Source: a bacterium
GTDB lineage: Bacteria > UBA8248
Reading direction: 5' to 3'
Assembly: GCA_963692865.2 (NCBI GenBank)
Contig: OY843592.1
Location: 832,001 to 896,000, forward strand
DNA length: 64,000 nt
Each line of letters starts with the position of its first letter. The first letter of the stretch is position 1. The notes below the pieces were generated by a model, which was not told where the DNA came from, ran no database searches, and saw nothing but the letters and a program-made list of their open reading frames with translations. Below, piece after piece: positions 50,878 to 61,201 of the stretch. The position numbers and the translations under genes are program-made.

Positions 50878-52095
50878 ATGGCCCTGCGCCTCGCGGGTGC
50901 GACGGCGTATACGCCGCTCGAGAGAATAACGGACGCCCTCCTCGTCATCGAGGAGGGCGTTTTTTCGTACGTGGGGCCGCGCGGCGCGCGTCCGCAGGCT
51001 CCCGGAGACGAGACGCTCGACCTGGGAGACGCGCTTGCGTGCCCCGGCTTCGTGGATATTCAGGTGAACGGCCTGGGGGCGGATGCGCTGCTCACGACGG
51101 ACGCAGCTGGCGTGCGGCGAATCGCCCGGGAACTGGCGAGGCGCGGAACGAGCGCTTTTTTGCCCACCCTCACCACGGCCGCGCGAGGCGATTTGATGCG
51201 CGCGGCCCGCGCGGTGAGCGAGGCGTGGGCGCTTCAGGAAAAAGAAGGCGGCGCGGAAGCGCGCATCTTGGGCGTTCATCTGGAGGGCCCCTATCTGGAG
51301 CCGGAGATGAGGGGAGCGCATCCGCAAGAGCACGTCCGCGCGCCCTCGAAAGAAGAGGTCGAGGCGATCGCGCGCGCCGCCGGGGGGTTGGGCGTGGGCG
51401 GCGCGCCGGGACTGGCGATGGTGACGCTCTCGCCGGGCGTGCCGGGCGCCGCGGACCTGGCCCGTTGGCTGGCGGAGAGGGGCGTCGTTCCCGCGATGGG
51501 GCACACCCGGGCTTCGGCCGACTGCGTGGAGGCGTTTCTGGAGGCGGGCGGCGCGTTCGCGGTTCATGCGTTCAATCGCTACGGGCATCCGGAGAGCCCG
51601 GCGCACAGGAGCGCCTCGCCCATGGACTTCGTGAAAAACGACGCGAGGCTTTCCGCCGGGCTGATAGCGGACGGCGCGCACGTGGCGCAACACCCGCTCG
51701 CATCGTTCGTAAGCGCCAGGGGCTGGGAGCGCACGGTCCTCACCTCGGACCTGGTGGCCGACGGAGGCTTGAGATCCCGGATCGGCGAGGATGAAACGAG
51801 CAACGATACGCCGGGCGGCGCGGTGATGCGTGAGGGCGTATTGACCGGCAGCCGTCTCGCGCTCTCGGAGATGCTTCCCAGGCTTCGGGAGTGGTGCGGG
51901 CTCGATACCGCCCGCGCCCTGGCGACGGCCACGCGAAACCCCGCGCGCGTCCTTGGCCTGGAATCCGCCCGGGGCCGTCTCGCCCCGGGTCTGCGCGCGG
52001 ATTTTTGCGTTCTCGATTCCGATTCCCTGGAGCTGATCGCCGTCATGGCGGGCGGAAAGTGGGCGTCGGGCGCGCCGCCGATTGCAGGCGGATGA
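50878..52095 (+). CDS. nagA: N-acetylglucosamine-6-phosphate deacetylase
   Basis: PGFVDIQVNG, FLPTL, GVHLEGPYL, GAHP, IADGAHV, ATRNPA. Confidence 0.88.
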   Translation: MALRLAGATAYTPLERITDALLVIEEGVFSYVGPRGARPQAPGDETLDLGDALACPGFVDIQVNGLGADALLTTDAAGVRRIARELARRGTSAFLPTLTTAARGDLMRAARAVSEAWALQEKEGGAEARILGVHLEGPYLEPEMRGAHPQEHVRAPSKEEVEAIARAAGGLGVGGAPGLAMVTLSPGVPGAADLARWLAERGVVPAMGHTRASADCVEAFLEAGGAFAVHAFNRYGHPESPAHRSASPMDFVKNDARLSAGLIADGAHVAQHPLASFVSARGWERTVLTSDLVADGGLRSRIGEDETSNDTPGGAVMREGVLTGSRLALSEMLPRLREWCGLDTARALATATRNPARVLGLESARGRLAPGLRADFCVLDSDSLELIAVMAGGKWASGAPPIAGG

Positions 52096-52161
52096 AGATT
52101 CGCCCATAATTCTTTTTGCTGCTATTTTCGACGGTCCAGCAGAATCCGCCCCGGGCAGCCC

Positions 52162-53772
52162 ATGATGTATGACGTCATATTTCACCACGCCATGATATTC
52201 GACGGTCTGGGCGAACCCCCGTATGAAGGCGCGCTCGCCGTTCGCGGAGACGCCATCGCGGAGGTCGGCCCCGAGGTGAGCGGCTCCGCTCATCGAGAGA
52301 TCGACGCGCGGGGCTTGGCCCTGAGCCCCGGGTTCGTCGATATCCACGGTCATTCGGACTATTACCTCCTCATCAATCCCGAGGCGCACGCGAAGGTCCG
52401 CCAGGGGGTGACGACCGACGTGGGCGGCAACTGCGGCTACGCCGCCTCTCCGATTCGCGGGGCCGAGGCCGAGGAGCGCAGGAAATGGTATCGGGAGCAA
52501 TTCGACCTCGACCTCCCTTTTCAGAGCGTCGGCGAGCACTTGGGTCACGTGGATAGGGTGGGCGTATCGATCAACTACGCCCATCTGGTGGGGCACAACA
52601 CGATTCGCGCGAGCGTGATGGGCGGCGAGGCGCGCGCGGCCCGCGCGGAGGAACTCGGCGCGATGGAGGAGATGCTCTCCGTCGGGATGGAGGAGGGGGC
52701 GTTCGGTCTGTCCACCGGCCTGGTCTATGCGCCGGCCTGTTTCGCGGATAAAGAAGAACTCGCCGCCCTTTGCCGGGTCTCGGCGCGAGGAGGAGGGTTG
52801 CTGGCCACCCACATGCGCAGCGAGGGAGACGCGCTTCTCGAGGCGATGGACGAGGTGATGGGCGCGGCCGCATCGGCGGGGCTGCCGCTTCAGATCAGCC
52901 ACCTGAAGACGGCGGGCGCGCGCAACTGGGACAAGCTCGATGCGGCCTTCGCCCGCATCGAGCGCGCGCGGAACAGGGGCGAGGACGTGACATGCGACCG
53001 CTATCCCTACACGGCCTCGAACACCCACCTGAGCGCCCTGCTGCCCGATTGGGTCCATGACGGCGCTCTCGACGAGAAGATAGGGCGTCTCGCGGACGCG
53101 GAAACCAGAGCGAGGATAAGGGGCGAAATCATGAGCGCGCACCCCGGGCCCTCCTACTGGGAGAACGTTTTGATCAGCCGGGTGTTCACGGAGGCGAACC
53201 GGGTCTGTGAGGGTCTTACCCTCGCGAGTCTGGGCGAGGTCCGCGGCGCGGCCCCCGTGGACGCGATGCTCGATTTGCTGATCGAGGAGAGGATGAACGT
53301 CGAGATTCTCATTTTCATGATGAGCGCGGAGAACATGCGGCGCATTCTCGGCAAGCCCTACGTCATGGTGGGTTCGGACGCGGGCGCGCTCACGCACGAG
53401 CCGCCCCTGGGCGGGGGCAGGCCGCACCCCAGGAATTTCGGGACTTTCCCCTTCGTCCTGGGCGCGCTGGCGCGGGACGAGGGGCTCTTCCCGATGGCCG
53501 AGGCGGTCCGCAAGATGACTTCCGCCCCCTGCGATCGGTTGGGCATGTCGGATCGGGGGCGTCTCGCGGCCGGAATGAAGGCCGACCTCGTACTGTTCGA
53601 CCCCGGCGAGATACGCGATGAGTGCACTTATGAGCGCCCCATAGCCTACCCGTCGGGCATCGAGATGGTTCTCGTGAACGGAGCGGTCGTCGTGGAAGGT
53701 GGAAGCCATACCGGAGCGCGTCCCGGCCGCGCGTTGCGCAAACACTCGCGGCGGGAGGTGGCGAATGTTTGA
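52162..53772 (+). CDS. N-acyl-D-amino-acid deacylase (D-aminoacylase)
   Basis: PGFVDIHGHSD, GNCG, STGLVY, HMRSEG, SHLK, GSD, HPRNFGTFP. Confidence 0.93.
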   Translation: MMYDVIFHHAMIFDGLGEPPYEGALAVRGDAIAEVGPEVSGSAHREIDARGLALSPGFVDIHGHSDYYLLINPEAHAKVRQGVTTDVGGNCGYAASPIRGAEAEERRKWYREQFDLDLPFQSVGEHLGHVDRVGVSINYAHLVGHNTIRASVMGGEARAARAEELGAMEEMLSVGMEEGAFGLSTGLVYAPACFADKEELAALCRVSARGGGLLATHMRSEGDALLEAMDEVMGAAASAGLPLQISHLKTAGARNWDKLDAAFARIERARNRGEDVTCDRYPYTASNTHLSALLPDWVHDGALDEKIGRLADAETRARIRGEIMSAHPGPSYWENVLISRVFTEANRVCEGLTLASLGEVRGAAPVDAMLDLLIEERMNVEILIFMMSAENMRRILGKPYVMVGSDAGALTHEPPLGGGRPHPRNFGTFPFVLGALARDEGLFPMAEAVRKMTSAPCDRLGMSDRGRLAAGMKADLVLFDPGEIRDECTYERPIAYPSGIEMVLVNGAVVVEGGSHTGARPGRALRKHSRREVANV

Positions 53773-56191
53773 AATGGCTACCTGGAAGACGGTGTTCGGC
53801 GTGGTGGGAGTGCTCGCCCTTTTGGGCATTCCCGTCGTTATATGGATGCGCCGCCGCGCCTCGAGGCGCGCGAGAGGTTCGGCGCCGGGGTGGGGCGGTA
53901 TTTCGGAAGGCGGGTCCGGGGGCGGCGCGCCCGACGTCTGGGAGGATGTTTCCTCGCGTTTCATTGATGATTTCATTCCCGAGGTCCCCGACGTGGAGGA
54001 GGAGAAAAAGGAAGCGGCGCATGGCGGAGGCGTCCGCGAGACGGCCGTGAATCCTCCAGACTCGCTGGACGGCGCGGAGGAAGGCGTACGGGTAATCGAA
54101 GAGGGGAGTCGCGAGGTTGTTGCCGAAGATGAGGTTTCCCCTGCCGAAGTCGGGGCTCCGCCTGAAGACGACGAGGAGCCTTCGTCCGGCGTGGATGATG
54201 TGCCCACCGCGCAGGCGGGTGATGCGTGGTGGGAGGCATTGCCCGCGCTCGAGGGTGCGGAACGCCGCAGCGCAGCGGATGAGGTGATGGACGCCGCCCC
54301 GAACGAACCCCTCGGGTCGCCCGTGGAAGGCGAGCCTTATCATCATCCAACGGGAGCAGACGCCCGGGCCGCAGCCGGATTCGTTCGTGAAGCGCAGTTC
54401 GCGGATGAAGGCGTCCTCGCCGATGATGACGAGGCTCCGGGAGCCGTCGAAACGAGCGAAGGCGCGGACGCTCCCCTGCGCGTGCGGATTCCCGCCGTCA
54501 GCGAGGCGCGCGACAACGCGGACTCCGGCGGCGATGCGCCTGACAACGAGGAGGAGGGCGAGGTTCTCCATCTCACGTACGAGGGTGAAGACGTGGCCGA
54601 TGCGCCCGCGGAGCCCGCGCGTGAGGACCGGGAAAACGTGGATGATGAAGCCTTGAAAGCCGAGCGGGAATCACCGCCGGAACCACAACTCGAAGCGCGC
54701 GATGACGGGCCTCCGCCGTCTCTGGCCGAGGGGTTGAGCCCCGCGGAAGATGAACCAGGTGAGGTTTCTGTTGATCCACAAGCCCTAGAACCCGATGAGG
54801 CGCCTTCGCTTCCGGAGCCGGAAGAGAAAGCGGCCCGGGCGCTTGTTGCCGAAGAAGATGTTATCTCCCTCATTCAGCGCGAACGCGCGGAGGATGACGC
54901 TTTATCGCAAAGCGCCGCCGGGCATGAGAAGGCCGAGGCGGAAGAAGACGCCGAGGCGCTTGGTTTCCCGCTGGAAGATGATGAGGAACTCGTTCCCGGC
55001 GCCGCGCCGCCGCCGGCCGCCGCGCACGAGGCTCCGGCGAACACGCCCTCCGAGTTGATACGTGAACTCGTGGCGGATGTTTGTCCGGGGGATTTGCTCG
55101 TGGCGGAAGACATGGAGCACAAACTTCCCGCCTGGACCCCCGGCGTGGTGAACGCCGCCGGCATCGATCTCGGCCAGCGCGAGAGAGCCCGGCAGACGCC
55201 CGCTTCCGAGGAGTATCTGCGTCTGGCCATTCTCGAGATGATTCTGGGGCGCGACGAAGATGCGACGGGTCACCTCAAGGAATCGCTGCGGCGCGCGAGT
55301 CGGCTCGCGCCCGTTCTCAACGCGCTGGCCGTGGCTTCCTATCTGCGGGAAAAGGTGGAGCCCGCGATTTCCTATTCCCGCGAGGCATTCCGCGAAGCGG
55401 GCCGGGACGTTTCGATACAGGCGGTGGTCTCCAGGAATCTGGGGTATTTCTACCAGCGCAAGGGCGATGACGAGAAGGCGGCGGAATCCTACGAGAAGGC
55501 GATCGGGTATATCGGCCCGGAGGGAGAACTCAGACAACTCTCCACCTTGCGCATGCGGGTCGGTCGATTGTTCCGCCGTCTGGGGGACAAGGAAAAAGCC
55601 GGGGAGCACCTCTCCGAGGCGGCGCACCTGTTCCACAGATCGGGAGACAAACGCAACGAGGCGCGGGCGCACACCGCGCTGGCCTCCGTCCTGAACGAGG
55701 CGAGCGAATACGAAGCGGCGCAGGCGAGTCTGGACGAGGCGCTGAACCTCTGCCAGAAAATCGGTGACAAGGCGGGTGAAGCGCTCGTGTACTCTCACAT
55801 GGGGGTGAGCTTTGCGGCGCAGGAGCAGTTTACGCGCGCGCTTCGGTATTACGAGAACGCCTTGCGCCTGAATCGCGGACTCGAAAACAGGAAAGGCGAG
55901 GCGGCGAACCTGAACGGCATGGGGAACATTCATTACGCGCGGGGCGATTTGCTCGAAGCGCGCGAAGCGTACGAAGCGGCCCTGGAGGTCAGCCGCGAAC
56001 AGGGGAATATTCTCACTCAGGGCGTCATATCAGGGAGTCTGGGCCGGGTGTATTTCGAGGGAAGCGAATGGGAGGCCTCGCGCGCGCGCTTGAGCGAGGC
56101 GCGGCGCATTTTTCAGGACCTCGGCGCGGAGGAAGCCCTCGACAGCGTCATGGAGACGCTCCGGGCGCTGGAAAAGCGCGGCGGAGAGTGA
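53765..56191 (+). CDS. Membrane-anchored protein with long acidic linker and C-terminal TPR repeats
   Basis: N-terminal TM then RRR; E/D/P/A-rich region; TPRs such as NLGYFY...A.ESYEKA and GEAANLNGMGNIH. Confidence 0.85.
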   Translation: MFEMATWKTVFGVVGVLALLGIPVVIWMRRRASRRARGSAPGWGGISEGGSGGGAPDVWEDVSSRFIDDFIPEVPDVEEEKKEAAHGGGVRETAVNPPDSLDGAEEGVRVIEEGSREVVAEDEVSPAEVGAPPEDDEEPSSGVDDVPTAQAGDAWWEALPALEGAERRSAADEVMDAAPNEPLGSPVEGEPYHHPTGADARAAAGFVREAQFADEGVLADDDEAPGAVETSEGADAPLRVRIPAVSEARDNADSGGDAPDNEEEGEVLHLTYEGEDVADAPAEPAREDRENVDDEALKAERESPPEPQLEARDDGPPPSLAEGLSPAEDEPGEVSVDPQALEPDEAPSLPEPEEKAARALVAEEDVISLIQRERAEDDALSQSAAGHEKAEAEEDAEALGFPLEDDEELVPGAAPPPAAAHEAPANTPSELIRELVADVCPGDLLVAEDMEHKLPAWTPGVVNAAGIDLGQRERARQTPASEEYLRLAILEMILGRDEDATGHLKESLRRASRLAPVLNALAVASYLREKVEPAISYSREAFREAGRDVSIQAVVSRNLGYFYQRKGDDEKAAESYEKAIGYIGPEGELRQLSTLRMRVGRLFRRLGDKEKAGEHLSEAAHLFHRSGDKRNEARAHTALASVLNEASEYEAAQASLDEALNLCQKIGDKAGEALVYSHMGVSFAAQEQFTRALRYYENALRLNRGLENRKGEAANLNGMGNIHYARGDLLEAREAYEAALEVSREQGNILTQGVISGSLGRVYFEGSEWEASRARLSEARRIFQDLGAEEALDSVMETLRALEKRGGE

Positions 56192-56200
56192 TGAAGGCGG

Positions 56201-57388
56201 TTACGGCGAGTCTTCGCCCAGCGCGAATTTCTCGATCAGCCTGCCGTATACGCGGGCGGCTTTTTTCAGCGAATCCACCTCGATGAATTCATCGGGCGTG
56301 TGGGCCTGTTCGATGTTTCCGGGCCCCAGGAGAAAGCAGCTTCGGCTTCCGGTCTGGGCCGCGGCCATGCCCGCGTCCGAATAATAGCTCACCCCCGCGG
56401 GCTCGGGTGCGGCGCCCAGGATCTCCTCCAGCGTCTCCATGATGAGCCTCGCCCCCGCGCCGCCGGTGTCCGCCGTCACGGGCGGGCGGTCCGCAATGGT
56501 GGCGCGCAGCGAGAATTCCACACCGCTCACCAGGGCGCAGGCCTCAGCGGCTTTTTCGTGAATGATTCCCTGGATGTCGGCCGTCCGCAGGGGCGGGACG
56601 AAGCGCGAATCTATCTGCATCGCGCATCTTTCGGATACCACGTTGGTCTTGTGGCCTCCTTCGATCATGGTCGTGACCATGGTGCATCGCCCCAGCAGGG
56701 GGTCTTCGTAGGGGAGTTGCGCCACCGCTTCCTGGAGCGCCGCCACGGTGAGGGACGCGGCGTGGATGGCGTCCGCGCCCATGTGGGGCGCCGCGGCGTG
56801 CGCGCTCTTTCCCCGGAAGACGAGTTCGAACCACATCGCGCCTTTTTGCGCCGTCACCAGGGCGAGGTCGGTCGGCTCGCAGGAGATCACGACGTCATCT
56901 GAGCCGAGGTGTCCGCTCGCGATGGCCGCCTCCGTGCCGGTCATGTGGCCGCTCTCCTCATCCACCACCATGCAGCAGCGAACCGTGCGTTGCGCCTTTG
57001 CGCCGCCGTCGATTCGGCGCTTGAGGTTCTCCATCGCCGCGAGGCCTGCGGCGATGCCTCCCTTCATGTCGCAGCTGCCCCGGCCCCATATCTTTCCAGC
57101 CTCCTCGGCCGCGAGAAACGGCTCGCGCGTCCATCCCTCGCCCGCCGGCACGGTGTCCATGTGATTGAGAAAGACGAGGGCGGGGCCGCTCCCCGAGCCC
57201 GTAATCTCGGCCGTCACGTTCTCGCGCCTCTCGGCGACGCGCTCGCGCGCGGCGTCCAGGCCGATGCCCCGGAAGAACGCCTCCATCCGGTCCGCCATGG
57301 CGGACTCATCGCCCGTGGGGTTCTCGCTGGGAATCGCAATCAACTCCTTGGTGAGCGAGACGGTTTGCGTCTCGATGGCCGCATCCAC
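56201..57388 (-). CDS. ArgE/DapE-like M20 deacylase
   Basis: HMDTVP, GRGSCDMKGG, DEE, CEPT, GKSAHA, GPG...AHTPDE. Confidence 0.92.
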   Translation of the reverse strand: MDAAIETQTVSLTKELIAIPSENPTGDESAMADRMEAFFRGIGLDAARERVAERRENVTAEITGSGSGPALVFLNHMDTVPAGEGWTREPFLAAEEAGKIWGRGSCDMKGGIAAGLAAMENLKRRIDGGAKAQRTVRCCMVVDEESGHMTGTEAAIASGHLGSDDVVISCEPTDLALVTAQKGAMWFELVFRGKSAHAAAPHMGADAIHAASLTVAALQEAVAQLPYEDPLLGRCTMVTTMIEGGHKTNVVSERCAMQIDSRFVPPLRTADIQGIIHEKAAEACALVSGVEFSLRATIADRPPVTADTGGAGARLIMETLEEILGAAPEPAGVSYYSDAGMAAAQTGSRSCFLLGPGNIEQAHTPDEFIEVDSLKKAARVYGRLIEKFALGEDSP

Positions 57389-57449
57389 TTGTTCTCTCCC
57401 GTTGGTTGATGGTCGAGAGGGCATGATGCCGCATCTTGAGTCGTTTGTG

Positions 57450-57730
57450 TATGGGGTTGTTGAAAAAGTCCCTCGACGCGGGAAAACCACCGTCATTCCG
57501 GCGAAAGCCGGAATCCATTTTGGCTTTTCCACCGGGCGGAGCGGCCGCGACTTCGTTGCCGCGCAACGCCTGAATGCGGTATCTGCGCGGGGGGAATGAC
57601 GGTGCATGGTCGATTCCATCGGCTTTCGCCGGAATGACGACGGTGGTCGATTTCGACCGGTGAGGAAGGTCGAATCCGATTGATGAATGAGGGTCCGACC
57701 AAGCGGGGCCGGCTTTTTCAGCAGCCCCGT
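57450..57730. repeat. Intergenic repeat cluster
   Basis: GGGGTTGTTGAAAAAG...CTTTTTCAGCAGCCCC enclosing an inverted ATTCCGGC pair (57491-57517 and about 57612-57640). Confidence 0.75.
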
Positions 57731-57740
57731 ATGAGCCGCC

Positions 57741-58955
57741 TCACGCGGAATGGAGGAAACGCCTCATCAGGGAAGCGAAATTCCGCCCCGGCGTGATGTT
57801 GCCGAGGCATACCGCCTCTTTCGCGCCCGTGACGTCCGGCAGGTTGTTCGCCTGGCCACTCAGCGTGCCCCACGCCAGCAACGCGAAACAGACGGCCTCC
57901 ACCGCATCGGGCGAGACGCCCCGCGCGCCGCTTTCTATGAGCGGGAGACCGCCCAGGGCGTCGCGCAGGCGGCGCATCAAGGTCTTGTTGTGGACGCCGC
58001 CCCCGCCGACCACCACTTCGGCGAGCGGAGGGTCGATTGGAAGGAAATCCCGAATCGCGTCCGCGACGCACGAAGCGGAAAAGGCGGTGAGCGTGGCGAT
58101 GGCGTCTTTCGGGCCGCCCCCGCGCGAAGCCGTGCGTTCAATGGCGTCATCGACGAACGCCTCGCCGAACGTCTCCCTGCCCGTGCTTTTGGGTGGTTTT
58201 CGTTTCAGGTAGGGGCGCCGGCGGAGCTCGGCCAGGGTATCGGGGCATACGCGGCCCGCCGCCGCAAGAGCGCCGTCCGCGTCGTGGGATTTCTCCCCGT
58301 TCGTGATCCGCCGCGCGAGGGCGTCGAGCGGCATGTTCGCGGGTCCGCAATCGAAGCCGAAAACCCCATCCTCACCCGCCGGAGGGAGATAGGTGACGTT
58401 CGAGATGCCGCCCAGGTTCAGGAAGGCGGATGCGGTGTCCTCGCGGCTGAAGAGAATCCGGTGCGCCCAGGGGGTCAGCGGAGCGCCCGCGCCGCCCGCA
58501 GCCACGTCCCGCGAGCGGAAATCGCTCACGCAGGTGATTCCCGTGCGCTCGGTGATGAAGGCGGGGTCGCCAATCTGGAGGGTGGATGGGAGCAGCGGCC
58601 CGCGCTCTCCTTCCGCGCCCTCCGGCAGGTGGCGCACCGTCTGCCCGTGGCTGCCGATAAAGTCGATTTCCCGGGGCCCGGTTCCGGTTTGCGCGGCGGC
58701 TGCGATCGCGGCTTCGGCGAAGGCTTCGCCCACCTCCCGGCGCAGCGAGCATATCTCCTCCGTCCGCGCGCCCTCCTCGCCCCCGGCGAAGAGGAGTCGT
58801 TCTCTTAAGTTCCCCGGGTAGGGAGCGGCGTGAAAGCCCAGCGTTTCGACTTGCGCCCGCTCGCCGGGGAGAATCCGCACCAGGGCGGCGTCCACGCCAT
58901 CGGCGGAGGTTCCCGACATGAGGCCGATGGCCAGGAGGGGGCGCTGGCTGCTCAT
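57741..58955 (-). CDS. anmK: Anhydro-N-acetylmuramic acid kinase
   Basis: IGLMSGTSADGVD, GSHGQT, DFRSRDVAAGGAGAPL, NLGGISN, FDCGPAN, PKSTGRE. Confidence 0.95.
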   Translation of the reverse strand: MSSQRPLLAIGLMSGTSADGVDAALVRILPGERAQVETLGFHAAPYPGNLRERLLFAGGEEGARTEEICSLRREVGEAFAEAAIAAAAQTGTGPREIDFIGSHGQTVRHLPEGAEGERGPLLPSTLQIGDPAFITERTGITCVSDFRSRDVAAGGAGAPLTPWAHRILFSREDTASAFLNLGGISNVTYLPPAGEDGVFGFDCGPANMPLDALARRITNGEKSHDADGALAAAGRVCPDTLAELRRRPYLKRKPPKSTGRETFGEAFVDDAIERTASRGGGPKDAIATLTAFSASCVADAIRDFLPIDPPLAEVVVGGGGVHNKTLMRRLRDALGGLPLIESGARGVSPDAVEAVCFALLAWGTLSGQANNLPDVTGAKEAVCLGNITPGRNFASLMRRFLHSA

Positions 58956-61201
58956 GAGGGGGGCGCACCCCCCCGCTTCGGGCGTTTCGACTTCCCGTAG
59001 ATTCTCTTGTATTCGTGGTAGTAGCCCAGAACCCTTTTCACGTAGTTTTTCGTTTCCTGGTAGGGAATTTCCTCGATGAAGATTTCCACGGGCTTGCCGC
59101 GTCCGGCCTTCCACCATCTTTTGACGGGGCTTCGGCCCGCGTTGTAGCTCGCTATGGCGGGGACGAGCGCGCCGCCGAACTCGCGGATGAGCGCGCCCAA
59201 ATGCCTCGCGCCCAGCCGGGTGTTGATCCCGGGGTCGAAGAAGTCGTTCTTGGACTTGATTCGGATTTTGTGCTTTCTCGCGAGCCTGCGCCCGGTCGAG
59301 GGCATGAGTTGCATCAGCCCCATCGCGCCGGCGGGGGAGAACGCGCGCGGGTCGAAGGCGCTCTCCGCCCGGATGACGGCGTTCACCAGATAGGGGTCCG
59401 CCCCTCCAGGCTCCCTGCGCTTGACGGCGAGGGGATAGACGATCTCCCAGAACTCCCTCGGCAGGTCGCTTCCGCCCGCCCGCACCGCGTCCCAGAAGGA
59501 TGCGTTGACGAGGTAGATGGCGCGGTGGCTCTGGCCCGCCTTCGTGAATGCGCGCGCCGCGTGGTAGCGCGAATAGGGCGATGCGCCGAGGCGGCGGTAC
59601 TCCTTGGCGGCGAGTTCATGAAAACCCATGGAGGCGAGCAGCGCGGCCGCCTCCCGGACCGGAGCGCTTTTCGCTGGAGGCCGCAGCCACTTGCGGTAGC
59701 CCGCTTCGCCCAAAGGGGGTGGTTTCGGCGCGTCCGGATCTCCAGCGCGCGCGAGACGAGCGATGGCGCGCAGGGCGAGTTGGCCGTAATAGCGGCGGCG
59801 GTGTTCCCCGGCGCAGGCGCGGTAGTGGGCGAGCGCGCTCTTCCTGTCCCCCGTTCTCTCCGCCGATACGGCGGCCCAGTAGAGGGCGGAGGAGACCAGC
59901 CAGTGGTCGGGGTAAGCGCTCTTCATCTTCGAGAATCCCCGCTGCGCGCCTCGGAAGTCTCTGGATTGAAAGCGAATCCAGGCGAGTTGGAACAGCGCCT
60001 TGGGCGCGAGGGGCGAGCGCGGGTGGTTGGCGATCACCTCCCGGAAATGGCGCGCGGACTTTTTGTAGTTGCGGTCGTCCTCGTAGACGCGGGCGAGCAG
60101 GTAGCGCGTCTTCGCCGCCCATTTCCCCTTTCGCTTCTCCTTGAGCAGAAGCCTGGCCTGTTTCTCGAAGGCGCTCTGGTTTCCTTTGCGCAGGTGGTTT
60201 CTGGCCAGGAAATACCGCGCCTCCGCGCGCTGTTTATCACCCGGGGAGAAGTGCCTGATGGCGTGCCTGAGCGCGGGGTCCGCCTGTTTCGTCTTGCGCA
60301 GGGAAAACAGCGCGAGCGCCTCGTTGAAGACGGTGCCCCTGTGGTAGGGGGCCTTTGGAAACAGGCGCTTCAAATCCCCGAACCCTCGCAGCGCCTTTTT
60401 GAAGTGGTAGCGTTTTCTCAAGAGCCGGGCGCGTTCGTAGTGGTCTTTGGGTCCCGGTTTCTTGAGCGGAGGCGAGAGGGAGGCGCCGATTTTGAGCGAG
60501 CGTCTGAGCGCCCGCCGCGCGTAGGGATGCTCGGGGTGGCGCCGCCACAACTCCCGGTAGGCGAGCGCGGCCTGCTTGTTCCGCCTTGCGGCGCGAAGGG
60601 CCTTGGCGCGTCTGAGCAGAAAATCGGGCGCCTCGTAGCTTTTGGGATACAGGAGAAGATAGCGCCCGGCGACTTTCGCCGCGCGCAGGGGCTGCTTCTC
60701 CTCCCGGCGTATGCGTATCAACTCCTCGTATACGAAAGGAGGCTCGGGCGCGTTTCTTCCTTTTTTGACGAGCCTTTCAAGCGCGCCTCGGGCGGTGGAG
60801 TCATCCTTCGCTCCGATTGCGGCTTTCGCCAGAAACAGGAGCGAGTAGTTCTCGAGCGCGGGAGTTTCCTTGAGCGCTTTTTGGAACGATTCGACCGCCG
60901 GGCGGAACCGCTCGAGCTTCAGGTGGGCGTGCCCCAGCAGGAAAGAACGCCTGCCGCCCAGGAGCGTTTTCTCCCGGCGCAGCGTGCGGATGAGTTCCTC
61001 GTACCGCTCCTCGGCCAGGAGCTTCTCGATTCTTGCGGTAAGGGCCGGGCGCGCGGCTTCTTTCTTGTGCGATGGTTTCGCCGCGCGTGAAGAAGGCGCC
61101 TTGGCCGCAGGCGATGCGAGCGCGGGAAGCAGGAACATACAGAAGATGGCGATAATGCAGGCTCGCGGTTTCATATCGGTTTTTCGTTTGTTGATTTTCA
61201 T
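58952..61201 (-). CDS. Slt-family lytic transglycosylase with TPR-like repeats
   Basis: IRAESAF, GAMGLMQLMP, ASYNAG, IPYQETKNYV; signal peptide; the start may be the downstream Met (MKPRAC). Confidence 0.92.
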   Translation of the reverse strand: MKINKRKTDMKPRACIIAIFCMFLLPALASPAAKAPSSRAAKPSHKKEAARPALTARIEKLLAEERYEELIRTLRREKTLLGGRRSFLLGHAHLKLERFRPAVESFQKALKETPALENYSLLFLAKAAIGAKDDSTARGALERLVKKGRNAPEPPFVYEELIRIRREEKQPLRAAKVAGRYLLLYPKSYEAPDFLLRRAKALRAARRNKQAALAYRELWRRHPEHPYARRALRRSLKIGASLSPPLKKPGPKDHYERARLLRKRYHFKKALRGFGDLKRLFPKAPYHRGTVFNEALALFSLRKTKQADPALRHAIRHFSPGDKQRAEARYFLARNHLRKGNQSAFEKQARLLLKEKRKGKWAAKTRYLLARVYEDDRNYKKSARHFREVIANHPRSPLAPKALFQLAWIRFQSRDFRGAQRGFSKMKSAYPDHWLVSSALYWAAVSAERTGDRKSALAHYRACAGEHRRRYYGQLALRAIARLARAGDPDAPKPPPLGEAGYRKWLRPPAKSAPVREAAALLASMGFHELAAKEYRRLGASPYSRYHAARAFTKAGQSHRAIYLVNASFWDAVRAGGSDLPREFWEIVYPLAVKRREPGGADPYLVNAVIRAESAFDPRAFSPAGAMGLMQLMPSTGRRLARKHKIRIKSKNDFFDPGINTRLGARHLGALIREFGGALVPAIASYNAGRSPVKRWWKAGRGKPVEIFIEEIPYQETKNYVKRVLGYYHEYKRIYGKSKRPKRGGAPPS

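Noticed and set aside
50269-54207. 1312-aa ORF on the - strand
   Set aside because: Antisense shadow of four well-supported + strand genes in high-GC DNA; no motifs
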